Shown: positions 1 through 11,555 of the stretch, piece by piece
Numbering within the stretch: the first letter of the stretch is position 1
How the letters are laid out: each line of letters opens with the position of its first letter
DNA from: Microscilla marina ATCC 23134
GTDB lineage: Bacteria; Bacteroidota; Bacteroidia; Cytophagales; Microscillaceae
Direction of reading: 5' to 3'
DNA length: 64,000 nt
Assembly (NCBI RefSeq): GCF_000169175.1
Contig: NZ_AAWS01000006.1
Location: 135,192 to 199,191 of the forward strand
Program-made: the position numbers and the translations under genes
Notes under the pieces: generated by a model
Told to the model about the DNA's origin: nothing
What the model saw: the letters and a program-made list of their open reading frames with translations, nothing else
Database searches by the model: none

Positions 1-2010
1 TGTTTCCATACAAGGTTACTGAGTCAAACGCAGTAGATAAACGTTTGGCAGGAAGCCCCTTTGATACATAATGGAAGCGTCGGTTGGTACGCTCTGGTCC
101 ACCCTCTCCAGCAAACATACGGGTAGGGTCTTCGCCCTGACGCTTGAGAGGAAATACTCCTGCCGAATAAGGGAAAAAACCGGGAGCATTTTCGGTAAGA
201 ATCCAACGCAAAATATCGCCCCAATCTTGGTAGCGTGGCAACGATACCTTAGGCACACGAGTACCTGACAAGCTAGTGTGATATAAATCTTGTTCAATGA
301 CTCTATCACGTACCTGAAACTGGTATTTGTCAGCTTTATAACGTTTAATGGTGTCTGCCCAGCCTTTGAGCGATGCCTTGCACTCATTGTCTAAGCGAGA
401 CTCCAAGTCATTGTACATATCAATGAGGTCTTTCAAATAATCAGGCTCCCCTTGTACATGTTCAATGGCGTGTACAACCTCTTCACTCTCTTCGACAAAC
501 TCGATGGTTTTTTTACCAATATTGGCGCGCAATTGATCAATTGTACCTTTGAGCTGGTACATACGGCGAGCAATGTTCGCCTGCTCATCTACAAAACTAT
601 CGTACTTGGCAGAGTCTTCACAAATTTCGGCAAGGTAACGAACACGGTCTGGAGGAATGATAAAGATTTTTTCAGACATTGCTTCACTGATAGAGAAGCC
701 TGACTTAAGGTGTTCAGCTCCAGTACGCTCAACAATCTTGTCCATTAATCGGCGGTACAAAGTGTTGGTACCTGGGTCGTTGAACTGAGAAGCAATAGAA
801 CCAAAGATGGGTAATTCTTCGTCAGGTGTGTCAAACTCCAGTTTGTTGCGTTTGTATTGCTTACGTACATCACGCAAGGCATCTAACGAACCTCGTTTGT
901 CGAATTTGTTGATAGCAATCATATCAGCAAAGTCTAACATATCTATTTTCTCCAACTGGGTGGCAGCTCCATACTCAGCCGTCATTACATAGAGCGATGC
1001 ATCAGAGTGGTCTACAATCTCTGTATCAGATTGCCCAATACCCGAAGTTTCCACAATCACTAGGTCAAAGCCTGACGCTTTACAAATATCAATGGCATCT
1101 TGTACATGGCGACTCAAGGCAAGGTTAGACTGACGAGTGGCCAAAGAACGCATGTATACCCTGCCATTGCTGATAGAGTTCATTCGGATGCGATCGCCCA
1201 ATAATGCCCCTCCAGTTTTTCTTTTAGAAGGGTCTACTGATATAACCGCAATGGTTTTATCTTCAAAATCAAGTAAATAACGACGAACCAACTCATCTAC
1301 CAACGAAGATTTACCAGCACCACCCGTTCCGGTAATACCCAGTACTGGCGCTTGCGAGTTGGCTACTTTTTTACTTAAATCTTTACGAATTGTCTCAAAT
1401 TCTTCCGGGTAGTTTTCGGCTACTGAAATCAAACGGGCAAGCTCAAGCGGGTTACGTTTGGGCAGGCTGTCAACGAGTTCGTTCAATGAGTGGGTAGGCA
1501 CCTCTTCTGCCAAAGCCTCTTGTCCATTAATATCTCCAGCAGTTTGCAGCTTTTTCTGGCGGGTTTTATATGTCGAAAAATCTGACGTTTCCAACAAGTG
1601 GTTAATCATCCCCTGCAACCCTAGGTCACGCCCGTCGTCAGGCGAGTATATTTTATCAATGCCATACTGGTGAAGTTCTTCTGCCTCAGAGGGCAAAATA
1701 GTACCACCACCACCGCCAAATATTTTAATGTTTGCCCCACGCTCTTTGAGCAAGTCATACATATACTTCAAATACTCTACATGTCCTCCCTGGTACGAGG
1801 TCATGGCTATAGCCTGGGCATCTTCCTGAATGGCACAGTCTACCACTTCGGCTACGCTACGGTTATGACCAAGGTGAATTACCTCAGCACCAGAAGCCTG
1901 AATAATACGTCGCATAATGTTGATAGCAGCATCGTGCCCATCAAACAGAGAAGCGGCTGTTACCACCCGGATGTGGTTTTTGGGTTTATAGGGTTTTATC
2001 TTGTCGGTCA
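1..2010 (-). CDS. icmF: Fused isobutyryl-CoA mutase IcmF (B12-binding domain + MeaB-like GTPase + start of mutase domain). Partial: the start codon is at 2010 and the 3' end runs off the window start.
   Basis: Own reverse-complement translation from the ATG at 2010 reads without stops to position 1 (670 codons): [52 protein letters not shown]...IFGGGGGTI. The B12-binding DxHxxG motif (DGHDAA) is followed by a P-loop GTPase ([12 protein letters not shown]), then mutase-like sequence. Near-colinear with known IcmF N-termini. Not in the ORF track because no stop falls inside the window. Confidence 0.8.
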
Positions 2011-2902
2011 TAATATCTTCTTTTCTAACTTTTAAGCTACAGGTGTCGAGCAACAAGTCTCAAGTAGTTTATGGATAAGCCTTTTGTAGCTCGCAACTTG
2101 ATGCTATTACAAATCTACATAATTTTTAAGGTTATTGGAAACACACCATTTTGTCTGCAAATAGTCCGATTTGGTATTTTTTAAAATATGCCAATAAATA
2201 TTAGGTAGGTACTTAGAGGCAAAAAAGGATACCACGAGTAAAAAGCATAAATAGTGTGTGAAATTTTATTTTGATTGAAACTAAAATTAACCTTAATAAG
2301 CAAATAAAAACATAAAAATAACGAATTCAACAAAAATATATAATGTGTGCAATTATTTTTTGCTTCAAAAACATTCACTTTTTATGGTACTCAATTTTCA
2401 CTGTTTCACTTGTGATGCCCCACGATTTGCAAAGAAAATTTTAGGCAAAAAATAAGTAATCACTTATTTTTTGAGAAGCAAAGTATTCACCTCCTGGTTT
2501 TTATAACTGAAGCAGGTCAAACTTGACCTAAGAGCAATTTTATAATCCAAAAGAAAAGCCTGGGCAGGTTCTCTTATCCGCAAAACCAAAGTAAGCACTT
2601 CAAGTGTTGGATTAACACCAAATGAACTGTTTTTTATAAGAGTGCCTCTTGTATAAGTCAAAGTAGCTTTGAGCAATACAACTACACAAATTTTCGCTAA
2701 TTTTAGTCATTTGTTTCCTTCTTTTACCCAGGTTAACAGTCCTGTTTTTATACAATTGGTTTTGTGCCATTTGTGGCATATATTTGATATGTTTGTAAAA
2801 ACTCCTCCGAGCGCTTCTTTAAAATTAGCCAAAGGCAGAGCAGTTGTTTTATTTTAAGAAACCAATAGGTACTTGTTTACCTACATAATAAAAATTCAAA
2901 CT

Positions 2903-4300
2903 ATGACTTACGACGTTACAGTAATAGGGTCAGGTCCGGGTGGCTATGTTGCAGCCATCAGAGCTTCTCAATTAGGTTTTAAAACAGCCATTATCGAAAA
3001 ATCTGCTACCTTAGGGGGCACCTGCCTCAATGTAGGTTGTATTCCCTCAAAAGCATTGCTTGATTCTTCTGAGCATTATTACAACGCTAAAAAATCATTT
3101 AAAACCCATGGTATCAAACTCAAAGACCTTGAGGTAGACATGCCACAAATGATTAAAAGAAAAGGTGATGTAGTAGACCAAAATACCAGTGGCATTCGGT
3201 TTTTGATGAAGAAAAACAATATTGATGAGTTTCATGGTTGGGGGTCTTTTGTTGATAAAAACACCATTAAAGTAACCAATGACAAGGGTGAAACTCAAGA
3301 AGTGAAAACCAAAAAGGTAATTATTGCCACTGGTTCAGAGCCTACTTCTTTGCCTAATATTGACTTTGATGGTGAACGCATCATCTCTTCTACTGAAGCA
3401 CTTGAAATTACCAAAGTTCCTGAAACAATGGTCATCATAGGGGCTGGGGTAATTGCTACCGAGTTGGGGTCGGTGTATGCGCGCTTGGGCACTAAAGTAA
3501 CTATGATAGAGTACCTGGATGCGGCTATTCCAAGTATGGATCGCACAATGAGCAAGGAGCTGACCAAGTCGCTTAAAAAAATAGGCATTAAGTTCTTTTT
3601 TAGCCACAGAGTAACCAATATTGTAAACAAAGGGGGACACACAGAAGTTACTGCAGTGAACAAAAAAGAAGAAGAAGTAAAGTTTACTGGAGAATACTGC
3701 CTGGTGGCAATAGGACGACGCCCTTACACTGAGAAACTAGGGCTTGAAAACATTGGTGTTCAAACCGAGCGGGGACGTATTCCGGTAAACGAACACCTCG
3801 AAACCAGCGTGCCAGGGATATACGCCATAGGCGACGTAGTACGTGGGGCTATGTTGGCTCATAAAGCCGAAGAGGAAGGTGTTTTTGTAGCCGAGGCAAT
3901 GGCAGGACAAAAACCTCACATGAATTATTTGCTTATACCAGGCGTAGTGTATACCTGGCCAGAAGTAGCCAGTGTAGGCTATACCGAAGAGCAACTCAAA
4001 GACAACAAACATGAATATAAAGTAGGTACATTTCCTTACCGTGCACTGGGACGCTCGCGGGCTAGTATGGACATAGAGGGTTTGGTAAAGATATTGGCCG
4101 ATAAAACAACCGATGAAATATTAGGGGTACACATCATAGGGGCACGTGCTGCCGATATGATTATGGAAGGGGTAGTAGCAATGGAGTTTAAAGCATCTGC
4201 TGAAGACATTGCCCGCATATCTCACCCACACCCTACTTATACTGAAGCTTTTAAAGAAGCTTGCCTTGCCGCAACAGAAAATCGCCCTATACACATGTAA
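2903..4300 (+). CDS. lpdA: Dihydrolipoyl dehydrogenase (E3 component of 2-oxoacid dehydrogenase complexes)
   Basis: MTYDVTVIGSGPGGYVAAIRASQLGFKTAIIEK...GGTCLNVGCIPSK (FAD fold plus redox-active disulfide). The C-terminal HPHPTYTEAF dimerisation motif is present. Start moved to the internal ATG at 2903 (MTYDV). Confidence 0.93.
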   Translation: MTYDVTVIGSGPGGYVAAIRASQLGFKTAIIEKSATLGGTCLNVGCIPSKALLDSSEHYYNAKKSFKTHGIKLKDLEVDMPQMIKRKGDVVDQNTSGIRFLMKKNNIDEFHGWGSFVDKNTIKVTNDKGETQEVKTKKVIIATGSEPTSLPNIDFDGERIISSTEALEITKVPETMVIIGAGVIATELGSVYARLGTKVTMIEYLDAAIPSMDRTMSKELTKSLKKIGIKFFFSHRVTNIVNKGGHTEVTAVNKKEEEVKFTGEYCLVAIGRRPYTEKLGLENIGVQTERGRIPVNEHLETSVPGIYAIGDVVRGAMLAHKAEEEGVFVAEAMAGQKPHMNYLLIPGVVYTWPEVASVGYTEEQLKDNKHEYKVGTFPYRALGRSRASMDIEGLVKILADKTTDEILGVHIIGARAADMIMEGVVAMEFKASAEDIARISHPHPTYTEAFKEACLAATENRPIHM

Positions 4301-4324
4301 GGGGTATTTTTGTGGTAAATCTCA

Positions 4325-4360
4325 AAAAGTAGAGGGGTTCTATACCTCTTCTACTTTTTG
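4325..4360 (+). terminator. Imperfect hairpin plus T-run downstream of lpdA (candidate rho-independent terminator)
   Basis: aaaagtagaggggttctatacctcttctactttttg. Confidence 0.35.
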
Positions 4361-4510
4361 AAATTAAATAAAAGCTATTTTTTTGCAAATTTAATATTAT
4401 TTATTACATTGGTCTAGTTTTGAAGCTTTTGCTTTTTTTTTAACAGACCACCAAAAAAGGCATGACATTAACAAAACATTTTTTCTTTCAAAAAACGAAA
4501 AATATCAGGG

Positions 4511-5965
4511 ATGGCTAAGCTAAAAAATATTATTAAGCAACTCTCTAATGATGATTACGAACAGATATACAAATCATTAGCAGATAGTAATGCTGAGAAA
4601 TCTGCTGACCTGCTAAGATACATGCACCAGGAGCAGTTATCTGATGCGAAGGTAATGGAAAAGCTTAAAGTAAACACCAATGCCTATTATACTTTACGCT
4701 CCAGGCTCAATCAAAAAATTGAGGAACATCTCCTTGCCCAAATAGAAAGCCCACGTACCGATCTCTTACGAAAAGTTGCTAATATCAATGAAATTGTGTT
4801 TACCAAAAAACGCACGATTGCTATTACAACTCTCAAAACTCTGGAAAAACAATTATTGGATTACGACTTATCCAACGAATTAATGATTGTTTATAAAACA
4901 CTCAAAAAATTACACGCTACTTCTCCAGAGCACTTTACCTATTCTCAGCTGTACAACAAGCACGTTGCTTATACACTGGCGGTAGATGAGGTAGAAAGTT
5001 TATTGTCTGACTACTTTAAAAAATATGGCATATACAGCTTCTCAGACGATGATACTGACAAAATGAAGCTTTCGCTATTGATGAAAGAGGTACATAATAA
5101 GTGTAAAATGCACGCTTCCGATCACTCACATCGCTTGTATATTTACCAAAGTTGTGTAAATATTTTTCATCGCCTGTTTGTAGAGCCCGATGACGAAACT
5201 TTTGAGGAGGACAATTTAGAACCTATTGAAGATATTTTCAATAAGGTAGATAGTATCTTCTCAGACTATGAAAAAGATACCATTTATTTTCACCTCAATA
5301 TTGTATTTCAACTGTTGCGTCTGGAGTATTATAATCACTATAAACTTTATCGTAAGGCTGAGAAATACTTTGAGGATGTAAACGATTCTATTGGCAGTTT
5401 ACTTTCTTGCTACAACCTATACACCTTCCCTTCACGCTTTTTATTTACCAAGCTTGAGCGCCACAACCGTTTGGGTACTCAACACGACATGTACGAAGAA
5501 AACAAGGGGTTGTTTCTGGAGTTTGAACCTGACCGTCAAAACATTCCACAATATGTTACTTATGTAGCTTACCGGGCTTTGTGTTGTTTTTACGCAGAAA
5601 AATACGAGGAAGCAGTGCGCTGGATCAACAATTTGCTCAACGATATTAGCCTTAAAAAATACCCGTACGTACACCTTGAAATTAAGCTTTTGCTGGCAAT
5701 ACAATACTGTATACTCAAAGATAGCGACTTATTCTCGCAGCTTATGAACAGTATACAGCGTCAGATTCGTTTATTGGGTAAAGAGACCTGTATTCACGTG
5801 GTATTATTTTCTAAGATTCTGAAAACTGCCAACCAAACCAATCGTGCTGATCGGGAGACCAAAATCAGAGGGTTTATGGATAAGCTCAAAAAGACTTACT
5901 GGACTGGCTTTTGTCTGACCAAGTATATAAAGTTAGATGATGACTTTATCAAAAGAGTACTTTAA
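4511..5965 (+). CDS. Hypothetical protein, 484 aa, no recognisable motif
   Basis: Long clean ORF with ordinary codon usage for this window. Convergent with the response regulator gene and shares a bidirectional terminator with it. Confidence 0.6.
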   Translation: MAKLKNIIKQLSNDDYEQIYKSLADSNAEKSADLLRYMHQEQLSDAKVMEKLKVNTNAYYTLRSRLNQKIEEHLLAQIESPRTDLLRKVANINEIVFTKKRTIAITTLKTLEKQLLDYDLSNELMIVYKTLKKLHATSPEHFTYSQLYNKHVAYTLAVDEVESLLSDYFKKYGIYSFSDDDTDKMKLSLLMKEVHNKCKMHASDHSHRLYIYQSCVNIFHRLFVEPDDETFEEDNLEPIEDIFNKVDSIFSDYEKDTIYFHLNIVFQLLRLEYYNHYKLYRKAEKYFEDVNDSIGSLLSCYNLYTFPSRFLFTKLERHNRLGTQHDMYEENKGLFLEFEPDRQNIPQYVTYVAYRALCCFYAEKYEEAVRWINNLLNDISLKKYPYVHLEIKLLLAIQYCILKDSDLFSQLMNSIQRQIRLLGKETCIHVVLFSKILKTANQTNRADRETKIRGFMDKLKKTYWTGFCLTKYIKLDDDFIKRVL

Positions 5966-6006
5966 TACCTAATATCACCTTGTAAACAACTTTTATTTAA
6001 ACAACA

Positions 6007-6040
6007 AAACGCATAAGATCCTTGATCTTATGCGTTTTTT
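6007..6040. terminator. Perfect hairpin (14-bp stem) flanked by A-run and T-run. Bidirectional terminator between convergent genes.
   Basis: aaaacgcataagatc ctt gatcttatgcgtttttt. Confidence 0.6.
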
Positions 6041-6074
6041 ATGTCTTAGTCTTAGTGTGTATCAAAAAGCCTTA

Positions 6075-6497
6075 TTACAGTTTCATTGCATTTAGGTTGT
6101 CTTTGGTCAACGGCTTGTTTACATACGCCTTTACGTACTCGTATCTTTTAGAACGTTTGATGTCTTTTGAGTTGATAGAAGAGGTAAGCATTACAATTTT
6201 ACAATGTTGTTTGATACGATCGGGCAAACGTTCAAACTCGTCCAAAAATTGAAAACCATCCATTAATGGCATATCTATATCCAAGAAGATAACATCAGGC
6301 AAAAAGCTGTTATTGCCCATTTTAGAGGCTATTTTTTCTGCATTTCTTAAAAACTCTATGGCACTTTTTCCACCAGTATGAGTATAAATGTTGTCAGTAA
6401 TACTGGAAGATTCGATAATTTTCTGATTAATAAGATTATCGATCTCATTATCATCTATTAACATTACCGCATTATATGTAACTTGTGAGTTTGTCAT
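6075..6497 (-). CDS. Single-domain response regulator (CheY-like receiver only)
   Basis: MTNSQVTYNAVMLIDDNEIDN...DVIFLDIDMPLMDGF...KIVMLTS...VKAYVNKP: receiver-domain DD pocket, phospho-acceptor D in FLDIDMP, conserved T/K. Start taken at the internal ATG (MTNSQ) rather than the ORF-track start. Confidence 0.8.
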   Translation of the reverse strand: MTNSQVTYNAVMLIDDNEIDNLINQKIIESSSITDNIYTHTGGKSAIEFLRNAEKIASKMGNNSFLPDVIFLDIDMPLMDGFQFLDEFERLPDRIKQHCKIVMLTSSINSKDIKRSKRYEYVKAYVNKPLTKDNLNAMKL

Positions 6498-6909
6498 AGT
6501 TTTTGATTTTCTACCAAGTGATTTGATTGATGATACAACATGACCATTTGTAAGTATAGTTCTTATCAATTATTAAATAGACCTCTAAGTAGTTATTTTT
6601 TCATCTACACTTAATAAATGTTAATCATAGTATTTGAACTAAAAATAAAAAACATTTTATAATTAATCAATAATCCGCGAAAATGATCGGTTTATAAAAG
6701 GTAGTTTTTAAGTTAACTTTTCCAAAATACAAATTCTAGTAACTATTTCTTATGTTTTCAGTAATATTTAATTGTTTTCAGAAAAATAAGTTTGAGGCAA
6801 GTGGTGTTTTGTATAAAGCAAAAAAAACAAGGTGAGAATTTTATGATAAATTCCCACCTTGTTAAAACGAATATCTATGAGTTGAAGTTGACTAATTTAA
6901 ACGATTATT

Positions 6910-8475
6910 TCAGTCAACATCAAACTTAATTCCTTGTGCCAAAGGTAGTTCCTGACTATAATTAATAGTATTGGTCTGACGACGCATGTATACTTTCCAA
7001 GAATCAGAACCAGACTCACGTCCACCCCCGGTTTCTTTTTCTCCGCCAAAAGCTCCGCCGATTTCAGCACCTGAAGTACCTATATTTACGTTGGCAATAC
7101 CACAATCAGAGCCACGGAAAGAAAGGAATGTCTCGGTTTCCTGTACATTGTCAGAGAAGATAGCCGAAGATAACCCTTGTTTTACATCATTCTGAATATC
7201 AATGGCGTTCATTACATCACCACTGTATTTGATCAAATACAAGATAGGGGCAAAGGTTTCTTCCTGTACCATCTGGTAGCTGTTTTCAGCTTCTACAATG
7301 GCAGGTTGTACATAGTTGCCACCCTCTAAGCCATTCAAGCTTAACACGTCGCCACCAGTAAGCAGTTTACCACCTTCTTTTTGTACACTTTCCAATGCAT
7401 TGGTAAAACCTTGTACAGCCTCTTGATCAATCAATGGTCCAACCAATGTGTCAGCCTTCAATGGATTACCAATAGATAACCCTCCATAAGCTTTCACCAA
7501 ACGGTCTTTTACATTGTCATAAATAGAGTCATGAATGATCAAACGACGGGTAGTGGTACAACGTTGTCCACAAGTACCTACTGCGCCAAACAAGGTAGCT
7601 CTCATAGCCATTTCGATATTGGCGTTTGCGGTCATAATGATGGCATTGTTTCCGCCTAACTCCAGCAAACTTTTACCCAAACGACCAGCCACCGTTTGTG
7701 CTACGCTTTTACCCATGCGAGTAGAACCAGTAGCCGATACCAAAGGAACACGCTTATCTTCTGCCATCCACTTGCCTAGCTCAGCGTCTCCATTGATAAA
7801 ACTAAAAATACCTTCAGGCAAGTTGTTTTCTTTCAATACCTGTGCAGCAATGTGTTGACAAGCAATGGCACACAAAGGCGTTTTTTCAGAAGGCTTCCAC
7901 ACACAAACATCGCCACAAATAGCCGCCAACATTGCGTTCCAAGACCATACTGCTACCGGGAAGTTAAAAGCCGATATGATTCCAATGATACCTAAGGGTT
8001 GGTATTTTTCAAGCATTTGGTGCTCAGGGCGCTCAGAAACAATGGTTTTTCCGTACAGTTGACGAGACTGACCTACGGCAAAATCGCAGATGTCAATCAT
8101 TTCTTGTACTTCGCCCAAACCTTCTTGGTAAATTTTACCCATTTCGAGGGTAACTAATTTGCCTAAAGGCTCTTTATATTCTCTTAATTTATTTCCAATC
8201 TGACGAACAATTTCACCACGTTTTGGGGCAGGCACTTGTCGCCATTCTACAAAAGCTTTTTGAGCGGCACCAATTACCTTGTCATACTCTTCACGAGTAG
8301 CATATTGCACTGTTGCCAAGTATTGCCCATCTATAGGCGAGTGAATAGCTTTTTGAGTACCACCTTGTACCGAACCATATTCTTGTCCCGTTCCATAAGA
8401 AGGGTTCATGTCCTTGATTCCAAGTGTACTTAATATTTGTTGAATTTCTTCAGTGGTTTTTGTTGTAGCTTCCAT
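6910..8475 (-). CDS. ALDH7-family aldehyde dehydrogenase (alpha-aminoadipic semialdehyde / piperideine-6-carboxylate dehydrogenase-like)
   Basis: EVQEMIDICDFAVGQSRQLYG (antiquitin-like region), ELGGNNAIIM, catalytic Cys in GQRCTT. 521 aa. Confidence 0.85.
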   Translation of the reverse strand: MEATTKTTEEIQQILSTLGIKDMNPSYGTGQEYGSVQGGTQKAIHSPIDGQYLATVQYATREEYDKVIGAAQKAFVEWRQVPAPKRGEIVRQIGNKLREYKEPLGKLVTLEMGKIYQEGLGEVQEMIDICDFAVGQSRQLYGKTIVSERPEHQMLEKYQPLGIIGIISAFNFPVAVWSWNAMLAAICGDVCVWKPSEKTPLCAIACQHIAAQVLKENNLPEGIFSFINGDAELGKWMAEDKRVPLVSATGSTRMGKSVAQTVAGRLGKSLLELGGNNAIIMTANANIEMAMRATLFGAVGTCGQRCTTTRRLIIHDSIYDNVKDRLVKAYGGLSIGNPLKADTLVGPLIDQEAVQGFTNALESVQKEGGKLLTGGDVLSLNGLEGGNYVQPAIVEAENSYQMVQEETFAPILYLIKYSGDVMNAIDIQNDVKQGLSSAIFSDNVQETETFLSFRGSDCGIANVNIGTSGAEIGGAFGGEKETGGGRESGSDSWKVYMRRQTNTINYSQELPLAQGIKFDVD

Positions 8476-8536
8476 ATATCAACCTAGTGATTAATGATAA
8501 ATTTGAGCAAAGTTACGCCAATTTTAAGGCAATAAA

Positions 8537-8578
8537 AAAGGGTATTTATAGATTTTACCCAAAATACCCTTTTTATTG
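8537..8578 (-). terminator. Hairpin plus T-run on the minus strand downstream of htrA
   Basis: aaaaagggtattt...aataccctttttatt (9-bp perfect stem). Confidence 0.4.
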
Positions 8579-8762
8579 TTCAAAAAATTTATTGGTATGT
8601 TTAGTGATCTTTTATAAATAATTTGAGCCATTAAAGTGTATCTATTGCCCTCATTCTTCTCAAAAAAAAAGCCTCATAGCTTTGGCTATGCACCGTTTTT
8701 TTTGAATCGTCTGAGAACAATATATTTTCTTAAATTGGCACATCTTATTTTTTCCAGATCAC

Positions 8763-10244
8763 TTACCAGCCTATAGCATAGTAAGCTTTTTCGCCATTGG
8801 GGTACATTCCTTCTATCGCTATTACCCTTTTACGTTTTTTAATCAAACGCTCAATATCTTTGGGAGAATTGACTGACTCTTCACCAAAGTAAGTGATAAT
8901 GAATCCTTTACGAATGCCTGACTCTTTCAGTTTCCCCTTACCAGCATCAATTACCTTTACTCCATGATCAATCTTGAGTTTGGTTTTTTCACTGAGACTT
9001 ATTCCTTCAAACACCGCACCCAGTATTTTTTCAGTAGCTATTTTGCGTGGAGTACGCATAATTTTAAAGTTTCCCTGGCGGTTACGTAGTGTAGCCATTG
9101 TGCTTAATACCCGCTCGCCACGTGCATAAGTCACCTTTACCTGATCGCCAGGACGTCGAGTAGCAATCAGCGACTGAAGGTCAGCCATATTGCGTACTTG
9201 CTGGTCATCTATTTTAATAATGACATCTCCTATTTTTAGCCCGGCGCTGCGCGCAGCACCTGACTTAGTCAAGGTGGCAATGTACACCCCACTTACTACA
9301 CTCAAATCTTTATTGCTGGCAAAGTTAGCATCTACATTTTGGATAGAAACCCCCAATAACGCCCGTTGGGTTTGTCCATACTTCATGAGGTCATCCAGCA
9401 CCTTTTTCACAATATTTACCGGTATAGCGAATGAATAGCCTGAATAAGAGCCTGTGCGAGTCGCAATGGCAGTATTAATGCCTACCAACTCACCCTTGAG
9501 GTTTACCAGCGCACCACCGCTGTTTCCAGGGTTTACAGCTGCATCGGTTTGAATAAACGACTCTATGGCATACTGTCCACTTAGTATGTTGATGTTTCTG
9601 CCTTTGGCACTTACAATACCCGCAGTTACAGTAGAGGTCAAGTCAAAAGGGTTACCTACTGCCAATACCCATTCACCAATATGGGTTTTATCAGAGTTGC
9701 CATACTTTACAAAAGGCAAATTCTTTTCTTGTATCTTAAGCAAGGCGAGGTCGGTGGTGGGGTCTTTGCCAACAAGTTTGGCTTTATAGCTTCGCTTATC
9801 ATTTAAAACTACATCTATTTGCCCAGCATTTTCTATTACATGATAATTAGTGGCAACATAGCCATTGTCAGTAATAATGACACCAGAGCCAGAAGACTGA
9901 CGGGGGCGACGTTGACGACGGCGATAATTGTCTTCTCCGTGGAACTGCCTGAACATATCTTCTAAAGGGTCTGAAGAAGAAGAGGAGTATTTACCCTTGC
10001 CAGCATAGGTAGTTTTAATATGCACTACGGCAGACTTTACAGCGTTGGCCGCAATTACAAAATTCAAACCTTTGGGTACTTTAATGGTAGAGTCTTTAAG
10101 AAAATTAGCCAGTTGGATATTCTGACGATCCTGAATTGAACGAATGGTTTGCTTGGGTTGTAAGTATTGGTTGAGTTTTACAGCTACAAAGCCCCCTAGT
10201 ATTGATGCCAACAACAGGCTTATTAAATAACTTTTTTTGTTCAT
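8763..10244 (-). CDS. htrA: HtrA/DegP/DegQ-family periplasmic serine protease with PDZ domains
   Basis: Signal/TM N-terminus, catalytic triad contexts NYHVIENA (His), DLALLKI (Asp), GNSGGALVN (Ser), and two PDZ-like segments. Confidence 0.9.
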   Translation of the reverse strand: MNKKSYLISLLLASILGGFVAVKLNQYLQPKQTIRSIQDRQNIQLANFLKDSTIKVPKGLNFVIAANAVKSAVVHIKTTYAGKGKYSSSSSDPLEDMFRQFHGEDNYRRRQRRPRQSSGSGVIITDNGYVATNYHVIENAGQIDVVLNDKRSYKAKLVGKDPTTDLALLKIQEKNLPFVKYGNSDKTHIGEWVLAVGNPFDLTSTVTAGIVSAKGRNINILSGQYAIESFIQTDAAVNPGNSGGALVNLKGELVGINTAIATRTGSYSGYSFAIPVNIVKKVLDDLMKYGQTQRALLGVSIQNVDANFASNKDLSVVSGVYIATLTKSGAARSAGLKIGDVIIKIDDQQVRNMADLQSLIATRRPGDQVKVTYARGERVLSTMATLRNRQGNFKIMRTPRKIATEKILGAVFEGISLSEKTKLKIDHGVKVIDAGKGKLKESGIRKGFIITYFGEESVNSPKDIERLIKKRKRVIAIEGMYPNGEKAYYAIGW

Positions 10245-10662
10245 AGTGTATCAAGTGTTAAACTGTATATCAGTAAGCATCAACAAGGCATTAGACGTAA
10301 TGTATGACTCACTAACGTACTAAAAATAATAAATAATTTTAACTAATTGGTCATTCTTCTCATAAAAAACCTCCATCAGGCTTGTTTTTACATCATTCAT
10401 TGCTCTGCAATTCCAGGCTCTTGTCAAGCAAAGCTTTTAGAGGCAAGCAACCTTTTGTGCCTTTACTTTGTTCACTTTAAAAAAATATTCAATTTTTTTT
10501 CCTACGTTAAACACCCCAAAAACCTTCATTAAATACCTGAGGACACCTTTTTATCAAAAGGATAAAAGTCAGACAGAATATTTTTTTATTTTTTTTCTCT
10601 AAAAACTTGCTTAATTATTCAAATCGTCCTTATCTTTGCAACGCATTTTTACTGAATGACAC

Positions 10663-10736
10663 TCCTCCTTAGCTCAGTTGGTTAGAGCATCTGACTGTTA
10701 ATCAGAGGGTCGTTGGTTCGAGTCCAACAGGAGGAG
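10663..10736 (+). tRNA. tRNA-Asn (anticodon GTT)
   Basis: Cloverleaf read by hand: acceptor TCCTCCT/AGGAGGA, D-arm GCTC AGTTGGTTA GAGC, anticodon loop CTGTTAA, T-arm GTTGG TTCGAGT CCAAC, discriminator G. No encoded CCA. Confidence 0.9.
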
Positions 10737-10837
10737 CGATATTTAGTGTTCATAGTGTTAAAGAATATTGTTGGTTAAAGGTAAAACTAAATTAGTTTTA
10801 CCTTTTTTTATTCAATGTAGCATTTTATCAATAATAC

Positions 10838-10911
10838 TCCTCCTTAGCTCAGTTGGTTAGAGCATCTGACTGTTAATCAGAGGGTCGTTGGTTCGAGTCC
10901 AACAGGAGGAG
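10838..10911 (+). tRNA. tRNA-Asn (anticodon GTT), second identical copy
   Basis: 74-nt sequence identical to the first copy, 175 bp downstream. Confidence 0.9.
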
Positions 10912-11555
10912 CAATACTTTCTTATCAAATTGCCTAAATAACCTTTAGTCAAAAATACCTAACTTTACTTTTTATTGTGATACCCTCCCATCTGAAAAGG
11001 TGTTTTAACTCAATAATTTTATACTTATAAAATTCTCACCCACTTTCCGCACGTGTATTTTAAAAATCAATAATTAACAAGTGCTTGAAGATCAGTAACT
11101 TATCAGTGTATTTTGCTTTAGGGAAAATACCTTATATCATTTAAAATCTCTTTTTGTTGCTAAGTGTAAAAACCCCTTAGAATATAATTCTTATTTTAAT
11201 GTTTTTATGAATTTTTATATTGAGAAATACCTGTTTAAGTCTTGAAAATTCTGAAGTATACGTGCGAAAAGTCGGTTCTCAGTTAAACCTAGTACCTTAA
11301 ACACTAAATACCTAACCCATTAAATTCGAACATACCCGAATCAAGTTCGGGATTTAGAAACTCGGCACAGTAGAACTGTAGCCTCGGTTCTTTGGCGACT
11401 TTTGCCCCCTGACTTTACTTTAAAAAACTTGCGTAGCTAAGGTTCCGATATGCATCGAAATTCAGAAAGCGAACTCTGCGCGATTTTTAAAGTTCGTCAG
11501 AAAACAAAACTCATCCCAAATAGTAGTGCATTTACTTAATGCTTAACGCCCTGGA

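Noticed and set aside
16-992. Short ORFs on both strands at 16-387, 24-224, 71-268, 452-703 and 807-992
   Set aside because: All lie inside the long uninterrupted icmF reading frame (minus strand, 2010 down to 1), which has a near-perfect match to known IcmF. They are alternative-frame artefacts.
2040-2870. 830-bp AT-rich gap between icmF and lpdA with small ORFs (2181-2378, 2464-2676, 2669-2857)
   Set aside because: The ORFs are short, AT-biased and hydrophobic or low-complexity. The region is more likely a promoter/regulatory region, and no RNA gene structure could be recognised by eye.
10920-11555. Possible integrated-element remnant downstream of the tRNA-Asn pair (tRNA genes are common integration sites)
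   Set aside because: The region has no ORF, integrase fragment or direct repeat of the tRNA 3' end. The only repeat is a short aaatacctaac motif seen twice, which is insufficient evidence.
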